This document shows, piece after piece, positions 48,949 through 59,614 of a stretch of 64,000 nt of DNA. The position numbers and the translations under genes are program-made. The first letter of the stretch is position 1. The number at the start of each line of letters is the position of its first letter. The notes beneath the pieces were generated by a model, which worked only from the letters and a program-made list of their open reading frames with translations, ran no database searches and was not told the origin of the DNA. Source of the DNA: Methanomassiliicoccaceae archaeon (GTDB lineage Archaea; Thermoplasmatota; Thermoplasmata; Methanomassiliicoccales; Methanomassiliicoccaceae); the NCBI GenBank assembly GCA_963728405.1, contig CAVSJV010000002.1, positions 32,001 to 96,000 on the forward strand, given 5' to 3'.

Positions 48949-49771
48949 TCATAGCATCCCTTCCCATTGGTAAACGTAGTCCTGATGCAGGGTGGCCCCC
49001 TGGAATGTCAGGCCTGTGCCGACGGTCAGGTCCTCGGGATGGGTCCTGAGCCAAAGGGCGGCCTCCTGATCGATGGTAAAGCGCAGCTGCCCCTGATTGT
49101 AGCTCTGCAATACGATGGTTTGCGCGGCAGAACCCAGCAGGGAGGTGGAGTTCCTCAGGGTGGCTTGGAGATCGACGGTACTACCGATCACAACATCAGA
49201 GGCGCTGAATGTGTAGGGCACCAGGACGTCTATGCTCGTCCCGTTGATCTGGGTCTGGATCCCTCCGGTGTCCACCATGAAATCGCTGATCAGCGGCTTC
49301 CAGTCCATGGATTGGTTGGTGTGCACAGTCCGCCTTGATCAGGCCCATGCTATATCCCGCCGCCATCCCCACCTCCACGTTCAGCCTGGTGCTTTCGAAC
49401 ACCAGTCTCTTTAGTTCTGTGGTCGGCACGGTGCTGAGGTCCAGCTCCATGTCGATGTTGACCTGAGTGGTCCGTCCCTTGACAATGGTCACCGGGTCGG
49501 AAGCATGGTCGGCGATGAGGTAGTCACCGTCGCTGACTCGGAAATGCACGCTGAAGTCCGTGATGTCGAAGTAACCACCATTGTAGATATCCATAGGGAT
49601 GGTGAACTTCGCCACGTTGTTCTCGTAGCTCGGTTTGGCCAGTTCCTCCTGGGGCAGGTGGATGCGCAGTCCCCCGCTCGCTAAGGGGAGGACGCTCAGA
49701 ACGATGATCGCCACGATCGCCAGATTGACGAGGATGATGCCGACCCGGACCCCCAGAAGACCCCAACGCAT
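48949..49771 (-). CDS. membrane-anchored beta-sandwich protein, frameshift near 49330
   Basis: N-terminal TM then IYNGGYFDITD (LEA-2/Ig-like); continues in ORF 48949..49326. Confidence 0.6.
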
Positions 49772-49923
49772 GTCCGTGCATCTAACAATCATTCTTTATT
49801 CTTTACTTTGATATAATCGGGTCCTGATAATGATGGAGATCTTCAAAAGCGTCCCGATTAGGCGAAGCTGCCTAGCAAAAGATATATCAACGCTCCCTAA
49901 TTAACGCGGACACGGGGTAATTG

Positions 49924-50217
49924 ATGGATAGTGAGTTGTTAGAGGTGGAATGCCCGATGTGCGACCACAGGATATCTGTCGACGCGGTCCGTTGCCCTAA
50001 CTGTAATGCCGTCTTTTCCTTATGTGGAGTGGACGAGCTGCAAAAGGTGGCCCGGGAGCTGAACGGCCTGGATGCCACGGATAAGCCTTCCGAGGTGGGG
50101 GGCGATCCCCCCCGGGCTGAGGGGAACACCATTGCCGATGGTCACAAGATGCCGGAAACTAGCGAGCCGAAGGGGAAGAACAGCATCCTGGGCAAGCTCT
50201 TCAAGAAGAAGAAGTAG
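49924..50217 (+). CDS. zinc-ribbon protein
   Basis: CPMC...CPNC; basic C-terminus LGKLFKKKK. Confidence 0.7.
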   Translation: MDSELLEVECPMCDHRISVDAVRCPNCNAVFSLCGVDELQKVARELNGLDATDKPSEVGGDPPRAEGNTIADGHKMPETSEPKGKNSILGKLFKKKK

Positions 50218-50253
50218 GGCGAAAGCATCGCCAGAGCGTAGGTTGGATGGTCG

Positions 50254-50751
50254 ATGAGCGAGATAAGGATCAGGAAACGTCACCGTCTCCGGGAGAAGGA
50301 GATCAAGCTCCTGGAGGAAGAGATACGGGCCCGTCTCGGGGTCGAGCCGTTCAAGCCAGGGGACGCGGTCGACCGGGCGGAGAGCACTGACTTCGACGTT
50401 CTGTTCATCGGCAACCAGGTCCAGGGCATCATTTACCAAGGCAAGGCCTTCCTGACCGTCCGGGGTCTCCTGAAGAACCCCGCCGCCAAATCCTACGTGG
50501 TCGTGGACATGGGGGCGGTCCCCTTCGTCACCAAAGGCGCGGACATCATGGGCCCGGGCATCGTGGACGCCGATCCAGCGATTGTGCCGGGGGACCTGGT
50601 CTGGATCAAGGACATCAAGAACGGCCGGCCCCTGGCCATCGGCGAAGCCTTGATCGGCGGTGAGCAGATGAAGACCCGGGCCCCCGGGAAGGCCATCAAG
50701 AGCATTCATTACGTTGCTGACAAACTGTGGAAGGTCGACGAGGACCAGTAG
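50254..50751 (+). CDS. PUA-domain RNA-binding protein (DUF1947+PUA)
   Basis: VVVDMGAVPFVTKGADIMGPGI, GKAIKSIHY. Confidence 0.9.
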   Translation: MSEIRIRKRHRLREKEIKLLEEEIRARLGVEPFKPGDAVDRAESTDFDVLFIGNQVQGIIYQGKAFLTVRGLLKNPAAKSYVVVDMGAVPFVTKGADIMGPGIVDADPAIVPGDLVWIKDIKNGRPLAIGEALIGGEQMKTRAPGKAIKSIHYVADKLWKVDEDQ

Positions 50752-50779
50752 CCCCCCGCTCATTTCTACCCATCGGAAC

Positions 50780-51290
50780 GATGGGGTGCATGCCCATCAA
50801 TGCCAATATCTTGAACTGGACCGGGAGGAGCCACTCTCCCTCAACTCTCCTTCTGACCGGCCCATTGGTCTGCGGACGCTCGATGGGTGAGGCCAGGAAG
50901 GCACTGTGATCGATCCCCGCGTTCCGCAAGATGGTCGGGGGAGGTCGCGGCGGACATGGCAGTGGAGGCCGTGTTGGACCTGTGGGCCAACAGCCGAACC
51001 AGGCGCCCATGCCTCTCTAAGAGGGGGCCGACTTCCGGACGCTAGAGTGCTCGATGATCTGGCATGACGTCCTGCTCGTCGCCGAGTCCTCGGCCGGTTC
51101 GACCGGCTGCGGCAGGACCCCACCTCAGGGAGATGATCTCGTTCATGACTGCACAAGGGGACGCTAATGGGCGATTCACCCCGGGATCGGTCTGGATGCT
51201 GTGGAAGGGGTGGGACTTCGGGCAGAGGAAAGAGCCTTCAAGGACGCTGACCTGGGCGGTCCACCGCTTCCTCTTCAGGTTCGAAGGGCT
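50780..51290 (+). pseudogene. degraded C-terminal fragment of a conserved hypothetical gene
   Basis: Frame-hopping pieces AVEAVLDLWANS / DFRTL...IWHDVLLVAE / DPHLREMI...GRFTPGSVWMLWKGWDFGQRKEPSRTLT recall a widespread alpha-helical family (from memory, not searched). Confidence 0.45.
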
Positions 51291-51361
51291 GGTCGGATCC
51301 GAAGCCAACCCATGCAAAAGCTAAATAGCCAACATCGTATTCCCAGAAACGTAGGGATGCC

Positions 51362-51745
51362 ATGTCTTTGCTCAGCAGAAAGCCTTTTGCGAAGAATAAA
51401 GAGGACGTTCAGACCGTGGAGACGGACCAGTACATCGACCTCGGTGCCATGCACTTCGATGACGAGTCTGCCACCGGTGGAAAGGGAATGATAAAGCTTG
51501 CCGAGATCTACCGTTTCGAGGACCTCTCCGAGCTTACTCAGCCAGTCTACGACGGTAACATCCTCATTCTAGATTATGCCAATATCGCCAATGACATCGA
51601 TACTCTCAAGAGGATCACCAGCGAGCTCAAGGCCGTCGCTAGGGACACCAACGGGGACGTCGCGGCCATTGGGCACGACCTCATCGTGGTATCCCCTCGG
51701 GGCACCAAGATCGACCGCAATAAGATCAAGGGCGGGTTCAAGTAA
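51362..51745 (+). CDS. sepF: cell division protein SepF
   Basis: YIDL, YDGNILILD, GDVAAIG...IVVSPRG.KIDR. Confidence 0.88.
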   Translation: MSLLSRKPFAKNKEDVQTVETDQYIDLGAMHFDDESATGGKGMIKLAEIYRFEDLSELTQPVYDGNILILDYANIANDIDTLKRITSELKAVARDTNGDVAAIGHDLIVVSPRGTKIDRNKIKGGFK

Positions 51746-51828
51746 ACCCCCAAACCACTTTCCAAAACCATATAGTAATGTTTCTGGAAAGGCCAAGGAT
51801 TATTATCTACTGGACCGTTTAATAGGGC

Positions 51829-53139
51829 GTGCCCGGTTCAAAGGTCATTCACGACAGCGTTCACGGCAGTGTCAAGGTCGAAGGTATCTTTCTCGACCTG
51901 TTGGAGCGGCCGGAGATGCAGCGCCTCCACGGAGTGCATCAGCTAGGCCTGGCCCACTATGTGTTCCCGGGAGCGAACCACACCCGCCTGGAGCACTCCC
52001 TGGGCACTTATCACATCGCGGACATGATGTGCGCCGCGCTTCGGCTCTCGGAGCAGGAGCGGAAGACCGTCCTGGCTGCAGCCTTATTGCATGACGTCGG
52101 GCACGCACCGTTCTCCCACACCCTCGAGGAGGTCGTTCACGATCGGGTGGGTAAGGACCACATGGACATCTCCACCGAGCTCGTCAAAGGTAGGTATCCG
52201 TCGGTCAGCGCCGAGGACCTGGAGATCCTCGGCCCTCTCCCCCCCATGTTCGAGGTCCTGGAGGCCGACGGCATTTCCGTAGACGAGGTCTGCGAACTGA
52301 TCGCAAGCTCTCACCTCGCCCTCGGCTCCGGCCAGAGGTTGCTGGTGGAAGGGGGGCAGGCCCATTTCGGGGGACACAACTACCTGGGCCAGATGATCTC
52401 CGGCCCTCTGGACGTGGACCAGATGGACTATCTCCGCCGGGACGCCTACTATACTGGGGTCGCTCATGGGACCATCGACATCGACCGCCTGCTCCAGACC
52501 GTGGCCATCTTCCATGGAGACCTGGTGATCAACAAGGGTGGCCTGGTGGCCGCGGAGGGGCTGTTGGTCGCCAGAGCGTTGATGTACACTTCGGTCTACT
52601 ATCACAAGACCGCCCGCATCGCCGAGATGATGCTGTGCAAGGCGGTCGAGCTGGCCCCGGCCGAGGTGCTCGAGGATCTTCACCGAGACACCGATTGTGC
52701 CCTGGCCGCCAAGCTCAAGGCCTGCGGGGGCGAGACCGCCAGGCTCATGACATTGTTGAACTATCGCCGTCTTTATAAAAAAGCGGTCATGCTCCCTATA
52801 TCGGGCCTCACCGAGGAGCAGATCGCTCAATTGATCGAGCTTTCCGAATACCCGCGCCGAAAGGCTAAAGAGCGGGAGATCGCCGAGCGGGCCGGGGTCC
52901 CCGATTCCGAGGTCCTGCTGGACATACCGGACCGGTCTCTCCTGCTGTCGGAGCCACGCATCGGCAAGACCGAAGTGCCCATCCTGGACGGTGAGAGGGT
53001 CAAGCCCCTGTCTCGTTACAGCCCGCTGGCCAAGGCTATCCAGTCGCGCGGGGTACATGATTGGGCAGTGATGGTCTCCACGCCCGCGGTCAACCGGGAA
53101 GAGGTAGAGCGGGCCGCTCCCAAGGTGCTCTTCAGCTGA
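51829..53139 (+). CDS. HD-domain phosphohydrolase (SAMHD1/dNTPase-like)
   Basis: IHDSVHG, QRL...QLG, HTRLEHSLG, LLHDVGHAPFSH, DVDQMDYL.RD, VYYHK. Confidence 0.9.
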   Translation: MPGSKVIHDSVHGSVKVEGIFLDLLERPEMQRLHGVHQLGLAHYVFPGANHTRLEHSLGTYHIADMMCAALRLSEQERKTVLAAALLHDVGHAPFSHTLEEVVHDRVGKDHMDISTELVKGRYPSVSAEDLEILGPLPPMFEVLEADGISVDEVCELIASSHLALGSGQRLLVEGGQAHFGGHNYLGQMISGPLDVDQMDYLRRDAYYTGVAHGTIDIDRLLQTVAIFHGDLVINKGGLVAAEGLLVARALMYTSVYYHKTARIAEMMLCKAVELAPAEVLEDLHRDTDCALAAKLKACGGETARLMTLLNYRRLYKKAVMLPISGLTEEQIAQLIELSEYPRRKAKEREIAERAGVPDSEVLLDIPDRSLLLSEPRIGKTEVPILDGERVKPLSRYSPLAKAIQSRGVHDWAVMVSTPAVNREEVERAAPKVLFS

Positions 53140-54591
53140 TCAGCCCTTCATGACACCGATGGGTGTGAGATGAGCGACCTTGCGGGATAGGCCAGCGCCC
53201 ACCACGATGTCCACGACCGATTCGATGTCCTTGTAGGCCTCGGGGGCTTCTTCGAGGATGCCGTCCTTGGTCGCCGATTTTAAGAATATGCCCTTCCCGG
53301 CGAGATCGTCCCTGATCCCCTGGACAGTAAACTTCCTGAGCGCTTCGTTCCTGGACATGACCCTGCCAGCCCCGTGACAGGTGGAGCCGAACGCCTCCTG
53401 CATGACCTTCTCCGTTCCGACCAGCACATAGCTCCCGTGCCCCATGTCCCCGGGGATCAGCACAGGCTGTCCGATCGAACGGTATTGGGAGGGGACCTCC
53501 GACATGTCGCGGGGGAACGCCCTGGTGGCGCCCTTGCGGTGCACGAAGACCTTCCTTTTCCTGCCATCCACCTGGTGCTCCTCGACCTTGGCGATGTTGT
53601 GGGCCACGTCATACACCTGGTACATACCCATGCTCTCGGCTTCCCGCTTGAAGTGCTCCTCGAACGATTGGCGTATCCAATGCAGGATCATCTGACGGTT
53701 GGCCCATGCATAGTTGGCACCGCAGGCCATGGCCCTGAAGTAGTCCTCGCCCTCCTTGGAATGCACCGGCGCACAGGCCAGCTGGCGGTCCGGAAGCACG
53801 ATGCCGCTCTGTCGGATGGACCGCTCCATGACCTGGAGATAGTCAGTGGCGATCTGGTGGCCACAGCCCCGGGAACCGCAGTGCACGGTCACAGTGATCT
53901 GTCCCTCCCGGAGACCGAACGCATCGGCCGCGGTTTGATCATAGACCCGGTCCACCACATCAACTTCGAGGAAATGGTTCCCTGAGCCCAGGGAACCGAC
54001 CTGAGGGATACCCCTCTGCTTGGCCTTGGAGCTCACGGTGCGGGGATCGGCGTTCTGCATCCGTCCGCCTTCTTCGGTGGCGAGGAGGTCTTCCTTCCAG
54101 CCATAGCCTTTCTCCACTGCCCACTCCGCGCCATGGGCGAGGATCTCGTCGATCTGCGCCGCGGCCACATCCACCACCCCTTCCGAGCCGACGCCGGCGG
54201 GAACGTTCTTGAACAGCGTTCCGATAAGATCCTTGATGCCGGGTCGGACGTCCTTCTCTTCCAGGTTGGTGCGGACGAGGCGAACGCCGCAATTGATGTC
54301 GAATCCGATCCCCCCCGGAGAGATCACACCCTCTTCCGCATCCATGGCCGCTACACCACCAATGGGGAACCCATAGCCCCAGTGGATGTCTGGCATGGCC
54401 AGGGAATTACCTACGATGCCGGGCAGAAAAGCCACGTTGGCCGCCTGCTCGGGTGCATTATCCTCTCTCAGGCTGGGGACCATCTTCTCACTGGCGAAGA
54501 TGATGGCGTCCGTGCGCATCCCGCTCTTGTAGCTCTTGGGGATCTTCCAACGGTAATCGTCAATCCGCTCCAGGGGTCCAGTGTAGCCCAT
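53140..54591 (-). CDS. rtcB: RNA-splicing ligase RtcB
   Basis: MPDIHWGYGFPIGG, GFDINCG, GSLGSGNHF, HRKGAT, HGAGR. Confidence 0.96.
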   Translation of the reverse strand: MGYTGPLERIDDYRWKIPKSYKSGMRTDAIIFASEKMVPSLREDNAPEQAANVAFLPGIVGNSLAMPDIHWGYGFPIGGVAAMDAEEGVISPGGIGFDINCGVRLVRTNLEEKDVRPGIKDLIGTLFKNVPAGVGSEGVVDVAAAQIDEILAHGAEWAVEKGYGWKEDLLATEEGGRMQNADPRTVSSKAKQRGIPQVGSLGSGNHFLEVDVVDRVYDQTAADAFGLREGQITVTVHCGSRGCGHQIATDYLQVMERSIRQSGIVLPDRQLACAPVHSKEGEDYFRAMACGANYAWANRQMILHWIRQSFEEHFKREAESMGMYQVYDVAHNIAKVEEHQVDGRKRKVFVHRKGATRAFPRDMSEVPSQYRSIGQPVLIPGDMGHGSYVLVGTEKVMQEAFGSTCHGAGRVMSRNEALRKFTVQGIRDDLAGKGIFLKSATKDGILEEAPEAYKDIESVVDIVVGAGLSRKVAHLTPIGVMKG

Positions 54592-54752
54592 ATTAAACAC
54601 CCGCTTCGTCAATGGGGAGCCTTGGATATAATGTCTTCCGGCCGACTCCCCTAGTGGTCCGTGTGGTTAGCTGGGCATAATATTATTTATCAATGGGGTT
54701 GCATAGTTATCGAAGGGGAACGGTAACGGACGTGTCGGTCCTGACGGAGAAC

Positions 54753-55856
54753 ATGCAAAGCTCGACCGAGGTAGTGGTGCGTAGATACCGCGAGGGCGAC
54801 GAGGCCCGTATCGTGTCGTTCCTGGAGCGGGGGATGGGCTGGCCAGCCATTTGTTCTCCGGTACCTCGTCTTGACCACTGGCAATGGAAGTTCCTCGGCA
54901 ATCCGCTGGGGTTCCATCTGGTCTGTGTGGCCGAGCAGAACGGGAAAATCGTCTCCCATTCCGCCTCTCTGCCGGTGAGCATGAAGGTCGGTAGCAGGAC
55001 CGTTCTGGCATCCCAAGGCGTCGATCTATGCACCGATCCCTCTTTCCGCGGTCGTGGCCTCATAGGGCAGACCATGGAGTGTCGGAACCAGATGAAGGAC
55101 GAGCAGGGGGTGGCCCTCGATTTCGGGTTCCCCAATCAGGCAGCGTACCACCTTAGTATGATCAAGCAAGGCTTCCAGGACCTGAGCATTAGCATGCTGC
55201 AGCATCGGTACATCATCGACGAGGGGCAGTTCTTCCGAAAGGTCCGATTCGGTTCGATTAAAAGGCTGGGCTATGATTCCTATCAACTATTGAAGCGATC
55301 CCTGAGCCGCCAGGTGGAGCTGGGAGGAGGCATCACATTGGCGAGAGAGAGGGAGTTCGGACCAGCGTTCGATACCCTCTACCATCGGGCGGCTGACGGT
55401 TTTGACCTCATCATTGCCAGGGAGCACCGTTATCTGAACTGGAGGTACGCCGACCCTCGGGGTGGTGAGTTCATCATTCGGTCGGTGCGGCATAATGATC
55501 GTCTTGTAGGGTTTATGGTCCACAAGAAGGAGGAGCGAGGGGAGAGCCGTTACCTCAACGTGGTCGACGCCCTCGTCGATCCTGAATTCCAGGACGTCAT
55601 GTCCATCCTGTTGATCGATGCCATATCGATGGCCCGGGAGCTGAACATCGAGACCATCCTGTGCTGTCTGCCTGACGGCCATCCCTACGAACGGCATTTG
55701 GCGGACATGGGCTTCCTGGCCCAAGTCCGGTATACTGGTGACCGGCCGATGAGCGTCATATGTCTGGACCGTGAGAAAGGAAGAAATGACCTCAACCTTC
55801 TGGGAAAGGAGGGCCTGCGGGCCCACATCATGCTCGGGGACACCGACTGGGTCTGA
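54753..55856 (+). CDS. GNAT family N-acetyltransferase (two-domain)
   Basis: TDPSFRGRGL motif A, FGFPN, YLNWRY, C-terminal GDTD. Confidence 0.8.
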   Translation: MQSSTEVVVRRYREGDEARIVSFLERGMGWPAICSPVPRLDHWQWKFLGNPLGFHLVCVAEQNGKIVSHSASLPVSMKVGSRTVLASQGVDLCTDPSFRGRGLIGQTMECRNQMKDEQGVALDFGFPNQAAYHLSMIKQGFQDLSISMLQHRYIIDEGQFFRKVRFGSIKRLGYDSYQLLKRSLSRQVELGGGITLAREREFGPAFDTLYHRAADGFDLIIAREHRYLNWRYADPRGGEFIIRSVRHNDRLVGFMVHKKEERGESRYLNVVDALVDPEFQDVMSILLIDAISMARELNIETILCCLPDGHPYERHLADMGFLAQVRYTGDRPMSVICLDREKGRNDLNLLGKEGLRAHIMLGDTDWV

Positions 55857-55923
55857 TCTCTTGATATTTAACTAGGTGGATTTATAGCATACCAAAGGAA
55901 CTGTCCGCCGAGGCGGTCTGGGG

Positions 55924-57117
55924 TTGTCAGGCTTTGTCGCGGCGGTTCTGGCGGCATCTGGGGTTATGTTCTTTGCCATGGGGGCCTATGTCCTGGCCAG
56001 GAACCCGTTCCAGCAGGCCTCCCGCTCCTTCTTTCTGCTCACTGCCGGATTGGGCATTGCCTGCTGCCTTCAGATGCTCATCGACAGGACCATGGATGGG
56101 GACATAGCACTGCTGACCGCACGGATCTATGTGTTCGCCTGTGTCGTGAGCTTTGGATCATTTCTGATGCTGGCCCTCGATGTTTCCCCTCAACGGGAAG
56201 GCCTCGCTACAAGGGGGCGTCGTGCCCTCCTTTTCGCCCTCATCATCGCGGCCGCCGCCGTATTGTTCTTCGCCATCGATGGGGTTCTCCCTCGGGAGGT
56301 CGGATTCAGCATTCAATGGGGTCCCGGGACCGCCGCCTTCATCCTGGTCTGTGGCGCTCTAGCCTGTTCTTCCACACGGGAGATGATCCGATCCCACGCG
56401 TCCTCCACCGACCGAGGGTTCAGAGCTCAGAGCATCATCCTGGCCAATAGCGCGGTCATCCCCCTGATCGCCGTCGGTTCTACCGTCCTGGTGAGCGCCC
56501 CCGGACTCGAAGGTCTGGCCGCCATCTGTTATTTGGCCGTAGGAGCATTCCTCGGCTATCTTGTCATCGCCTACAATCTCTTCCAGCTCCCGTCCGTACG
56601 GAACGGCCATATGGTGGGCGTCAGGACCGCTCAGTCGATCGCCCAGCCAGGTTCGACCGTTCTGTTCGAGGGAAAGGGCTCCGAGCCGGCCTTCAAGACC
56701 TTGATCGAGGAGCTCCCCTTGGGGGAAAAGGGACTGATCATCACCCGCCTCCATCCCGATCAGGTGAGGGAAAGATATCCAATCGACAATACTCGCATTC
56801 TGTGGCTCTGTAGCCAGCCTGGGGAGGACCGGGTCGACCCCCTGGGCCTTACCATACTTCAGAACATCATGATCGAGCATATGCAGAAGCATGGGCGGAC
56901 CATCATCCTGTTGGACGGGATCGAGTACCTCCTGTCCGAGAACCACCTCGATAAGGTCCTCCGCCTGATCTATGCCGTCCATGACTCGGTGGTCATATCT
57001 GGCTCCAGGCTCCTGGTCCCTTTGGACCCTCAGACCGTGGGCCTAAGGGACCTGGCCCTCATCGAGAGGGAGTTCTCCCTTCAGGTGGGCGCCTATGAAA
57101 ATGACGGACCAGCATAG
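55924..57117 (+). CDS. 7TM (HisKA_7TM-like) sensor plus DUF835 domain protein
   Basis: Seven hydrophobic segments, then GLIITRLHP, ILWL, IILLDGIEYL..EN, LIEREF. Confidence 0.85.
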   Translation: MSGFVAAVLAASGVMFFAMGAYVLARNPFQQASRSFFLLTAGLGIACCLQMLIDRTMDGDIALLTARIYVFACVVSFGSFLMLALDVSPQREGLATRGRRALLFALIIAAAAVLFFAIDGVLPREVGFSIQWGPGTAAFILVCGALACSSTREMIRSHASSTDRGFRAQSIILANSAVIPLIAVGSTVLVSAPGLEGLAAICYLAVGAFLGYLVIAYNLFQLPSVRNGHMVGVRTAQSIAQPGSTVLFEGKGSEPAFKTLIEELPLGEKGLIITRLHPDQVRERYPIDNTRILWLCSQPGEDRVDPLGLTILQNIMIEHMQKHGRTIILLDGIEYLLSENHLDKVLRLIYAVHDSVVISGSRLLVPLDPQTVGLRDLALIEREFSLQVGAYENDGPA

Positions 57118-57164
57118 GTCATCGTTCATTATTTGTAGTTCACAGGCATTCCCAGTGTGAACAC

Positions 57165-58364
57165 ATGCTGGAAGGGGACCTAGGGTACTCATTGATCTCT
57201 TTGGCCGCCGGGATGGTGTGCCTGGGCTTGGGGCTCTATGTTTTCTGGAAGAATCCATACCCAAAAATATCTCAGATATTGGTCATCACGATGTCCTTAT
57301 TGGCCATCAACGCGGTCTTTCTTTTCCTCATCGCAAATGCTCCCGATGATCTTACTGCGGGCCTGTTCGCTCGCGCCACCATCTTCTTCAGCATCCTGGT
57401 GGGGGCATCCTTCATCTTTCTATCCTATTACCTACCTTACGAGCGACGGAACACCTGGGTTCTTCAGAACCGCACCCTGTTCATGATCATCAGCGTTCTG
57501 GCGGCTCTGATAACGGCGGCCCTCGTCGATAAGGTCTATTTTGACCAGTATGGTTACTGGTTGGACTACTCTCCTGCTCTTTTCCTGTGGCTCGGCCTCG
57601 GGCTGGCCATGAGCTCCCTCCCCCTTGTCGTGCTGACCCCGATCTGCCGGCGCTCGACCGACATGGTGGTCAGAAGATCTGTGACGGTCATGTCTTTCGG
57701 GGTGATTCTGCCGATGCTGTTCGTCATCGCCGAGATCATCACTGAAGAGGCCGGATTACGGATGCCCCACCTTCCGGCGGTGGGGTTGTTGTTGACCGGC
57801 GTCTTATTTTCCATAGCGGTCCTAAGGCTCAAACTGTTCATTGTCGAACCGGTTAAGGAGTATGGGATGGAAGCGCAGTCAGGGAAGGACATTAGTATCA
57901 AGTTGGTTAGCGGGCATTGCGACCTTATCAAGAGCAAGAAGGCCGACCTCTCGTACCGCATGTTCGTGGCCGAGGTCGCTGCGGGGAACAAGGGCCTTCT
58001 GATCACCAGAGTACATCCCGACCAGGTCCGAGAGAAGTATGGGCTGGTCAAGACCCCCATACTGTGGCTCTCAGGCCAACCCGGACCGGACCGCATGGAC
58101 CCCGCATCTCTCTCCATACTGCAGCATACTGTGGTAGATTTTCTTCAGAAAGGGAATACCTCGGTCATCCTCTTGGACGGGCTGGAGTATCTGGTCTCAG
58201 AGAACCAGGTTGATAAGGTCCTGAGGTTCGTCTACACCGTGCACGATGCCGTGGTCATCTCCGGTTCGAAGTTCATCGTCCCGGTGGACCCCGACATCCT
58301 GGGAACGAAGGACATGGCCCTTTTCGAAAAGGAGTTCGTGGTCATCGAAGAGCCGTCGGAATAG
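57165..58364 (+). CDS. 7TM sensor plus DUF835 domain protein
   Basis: Same architecture; GLLITRVHP, VILLDGLEYLVSEN, LFEKEF. Confidence 0.87.
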   Translation: MLEGDLGYSLISLAAGMVCLGLGLYVFWKNPYPKISQILVITMSLLAINAVFLFLIANAPDDLTAGLFARATIFFSILVGASFIFLSYYLPYERRNTWVLQNRTLFMIISVLAALITAALVDKVYFDQYGYWLDYSPALFLWLGLGLAMSSLPLVVLTPICRRSTDMVVRRSVTVMSFGVILPMLFVIAEIITEEAGLRMPHLPAVGLLLTGVLFSIAVLRLKLFIVEPVKEYGMEAQSGKDISIKLVSGHCDLIKSKKADLSYRMFVAEVAAGNKGLLITRVHPDQVREKYGLVKTPILWLSGQPGPDRMDPASLSILQHTVVDFLQKGNTSVILLDGLEYLVSENQVDKVLRFVYTVHDAVVISGSKFIVPVDPDILGTKDMALFEKEFVVIEEPSE

Positions 58365-58404
58365 CGACCGCTGGTTTATCCGGTGGCAGGTCGTTACGGG
58401 CCTT

Positions 58405-59614
58405 ATGTTCGAGGGAGATCTGGCGTTTTCATTTATGGACCTGGCCGTCGGACTGATGACCCTTGCTATGGGCTCCTACATCTTCCTTCGGAACCCCTAT
58501 CTCCGCTTGTCCAAGCTCTTCCTGGCGGTGACGGCGCTCTACTCTATCGCTGCCATCGCCGCGTTCCTGATGCTCAATGCCCCAGATGAAGCCTGGGCGC
58601 TGCCATGGGCTCATCTCATGACCCTGGCCATCGTAGGGGCATTCTCGGTCCAGCTCTATCTTATCACTCTCCTGCCCATCGAGCGGAATCCCCGGCTCCT
58701 TTCCGATCATAAGTTCCTCTACTCCGCTCTGGCGTTCCTGGGGGCGGCGCTGACCCTGATTGCAGTGCAGGACGTCGAGCTGACCCCCTTCGGCTACTGG
58801 ATCCCGGTCGGCCTGGGCCTGGCGGTATTGCTTGGAACAGCATCCCTCTTCGCCATCGCCTCCATCTCGCTCCTGGTAACCATCTATGACCGCTCCGGGC
58901 CAGAGATCCGTTTCCTGGTCCAGTTGCTCTCCATCGGCATATGCTTCCCCTTGCTGTTCGTGGTAGTGAACGCAGTGGTGGAGATGGGGGGAGGCAGCCT
59001 GCCCTCATTGTTCCCCATCGGGTTTCTCATATCGACCACGGTCTTTCTGTATGCGATCATAAGGCATGACCTGTTCCAGTTCAAACCACCCCTTCCCAAT
59101 GGGAAATTACCCGCGCCGACCATCCAGACCGACACCGGAGGTGAGGGCAAATGTTTGCTCATCGAAGGTAAGCGATCGGACAGCGCCTATTTGTTGCTCT
59201 TGGATAAACTAGGGGAGCGGTAAGCGTGGGCTGCTGATCACCCGGCTCCATCCTGACCGCCTACGCGAGGACTACGGCCTGGTCAAGGTACCCATGATCT
59301 GGTTGGCCACCCAGCCCGGACCGGACCGCGTCGATCCCACTTCGCTCTCCATCTTACAGCACACTATCGTGGACTTTTTGCAGAAGGGTCCACCGTCGGT
59401 CATCCTCCTGGACGGGCTGGAGTATCTGATGTCCGAGAACCAATCGGAAAAGGTCCTGCGGTTCGTATATACACTTAGGGATCTGGTGACCGTCTCCAAT
59501 TCCCAGCTGCTGGTCTCCTTGGACCCCGAAGTGCTGGAACTTAGAGACCTCGCTAAACTGGAAAGGGAGTTCGAGTTAATTAGAACAGAGAAAGGGGCCG
59601 GGTCCGAGATTTGA
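58405..59614 (+). CDS. 7TM sensor plus DUF835 domain protein, frameshift at the G-run near 59212
   Basis: Removing one G restores GSGKRGLLITRLHP and joins ORF 59294..59614 (VILLDGLEYLMSEN). Confidence 0.83.
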
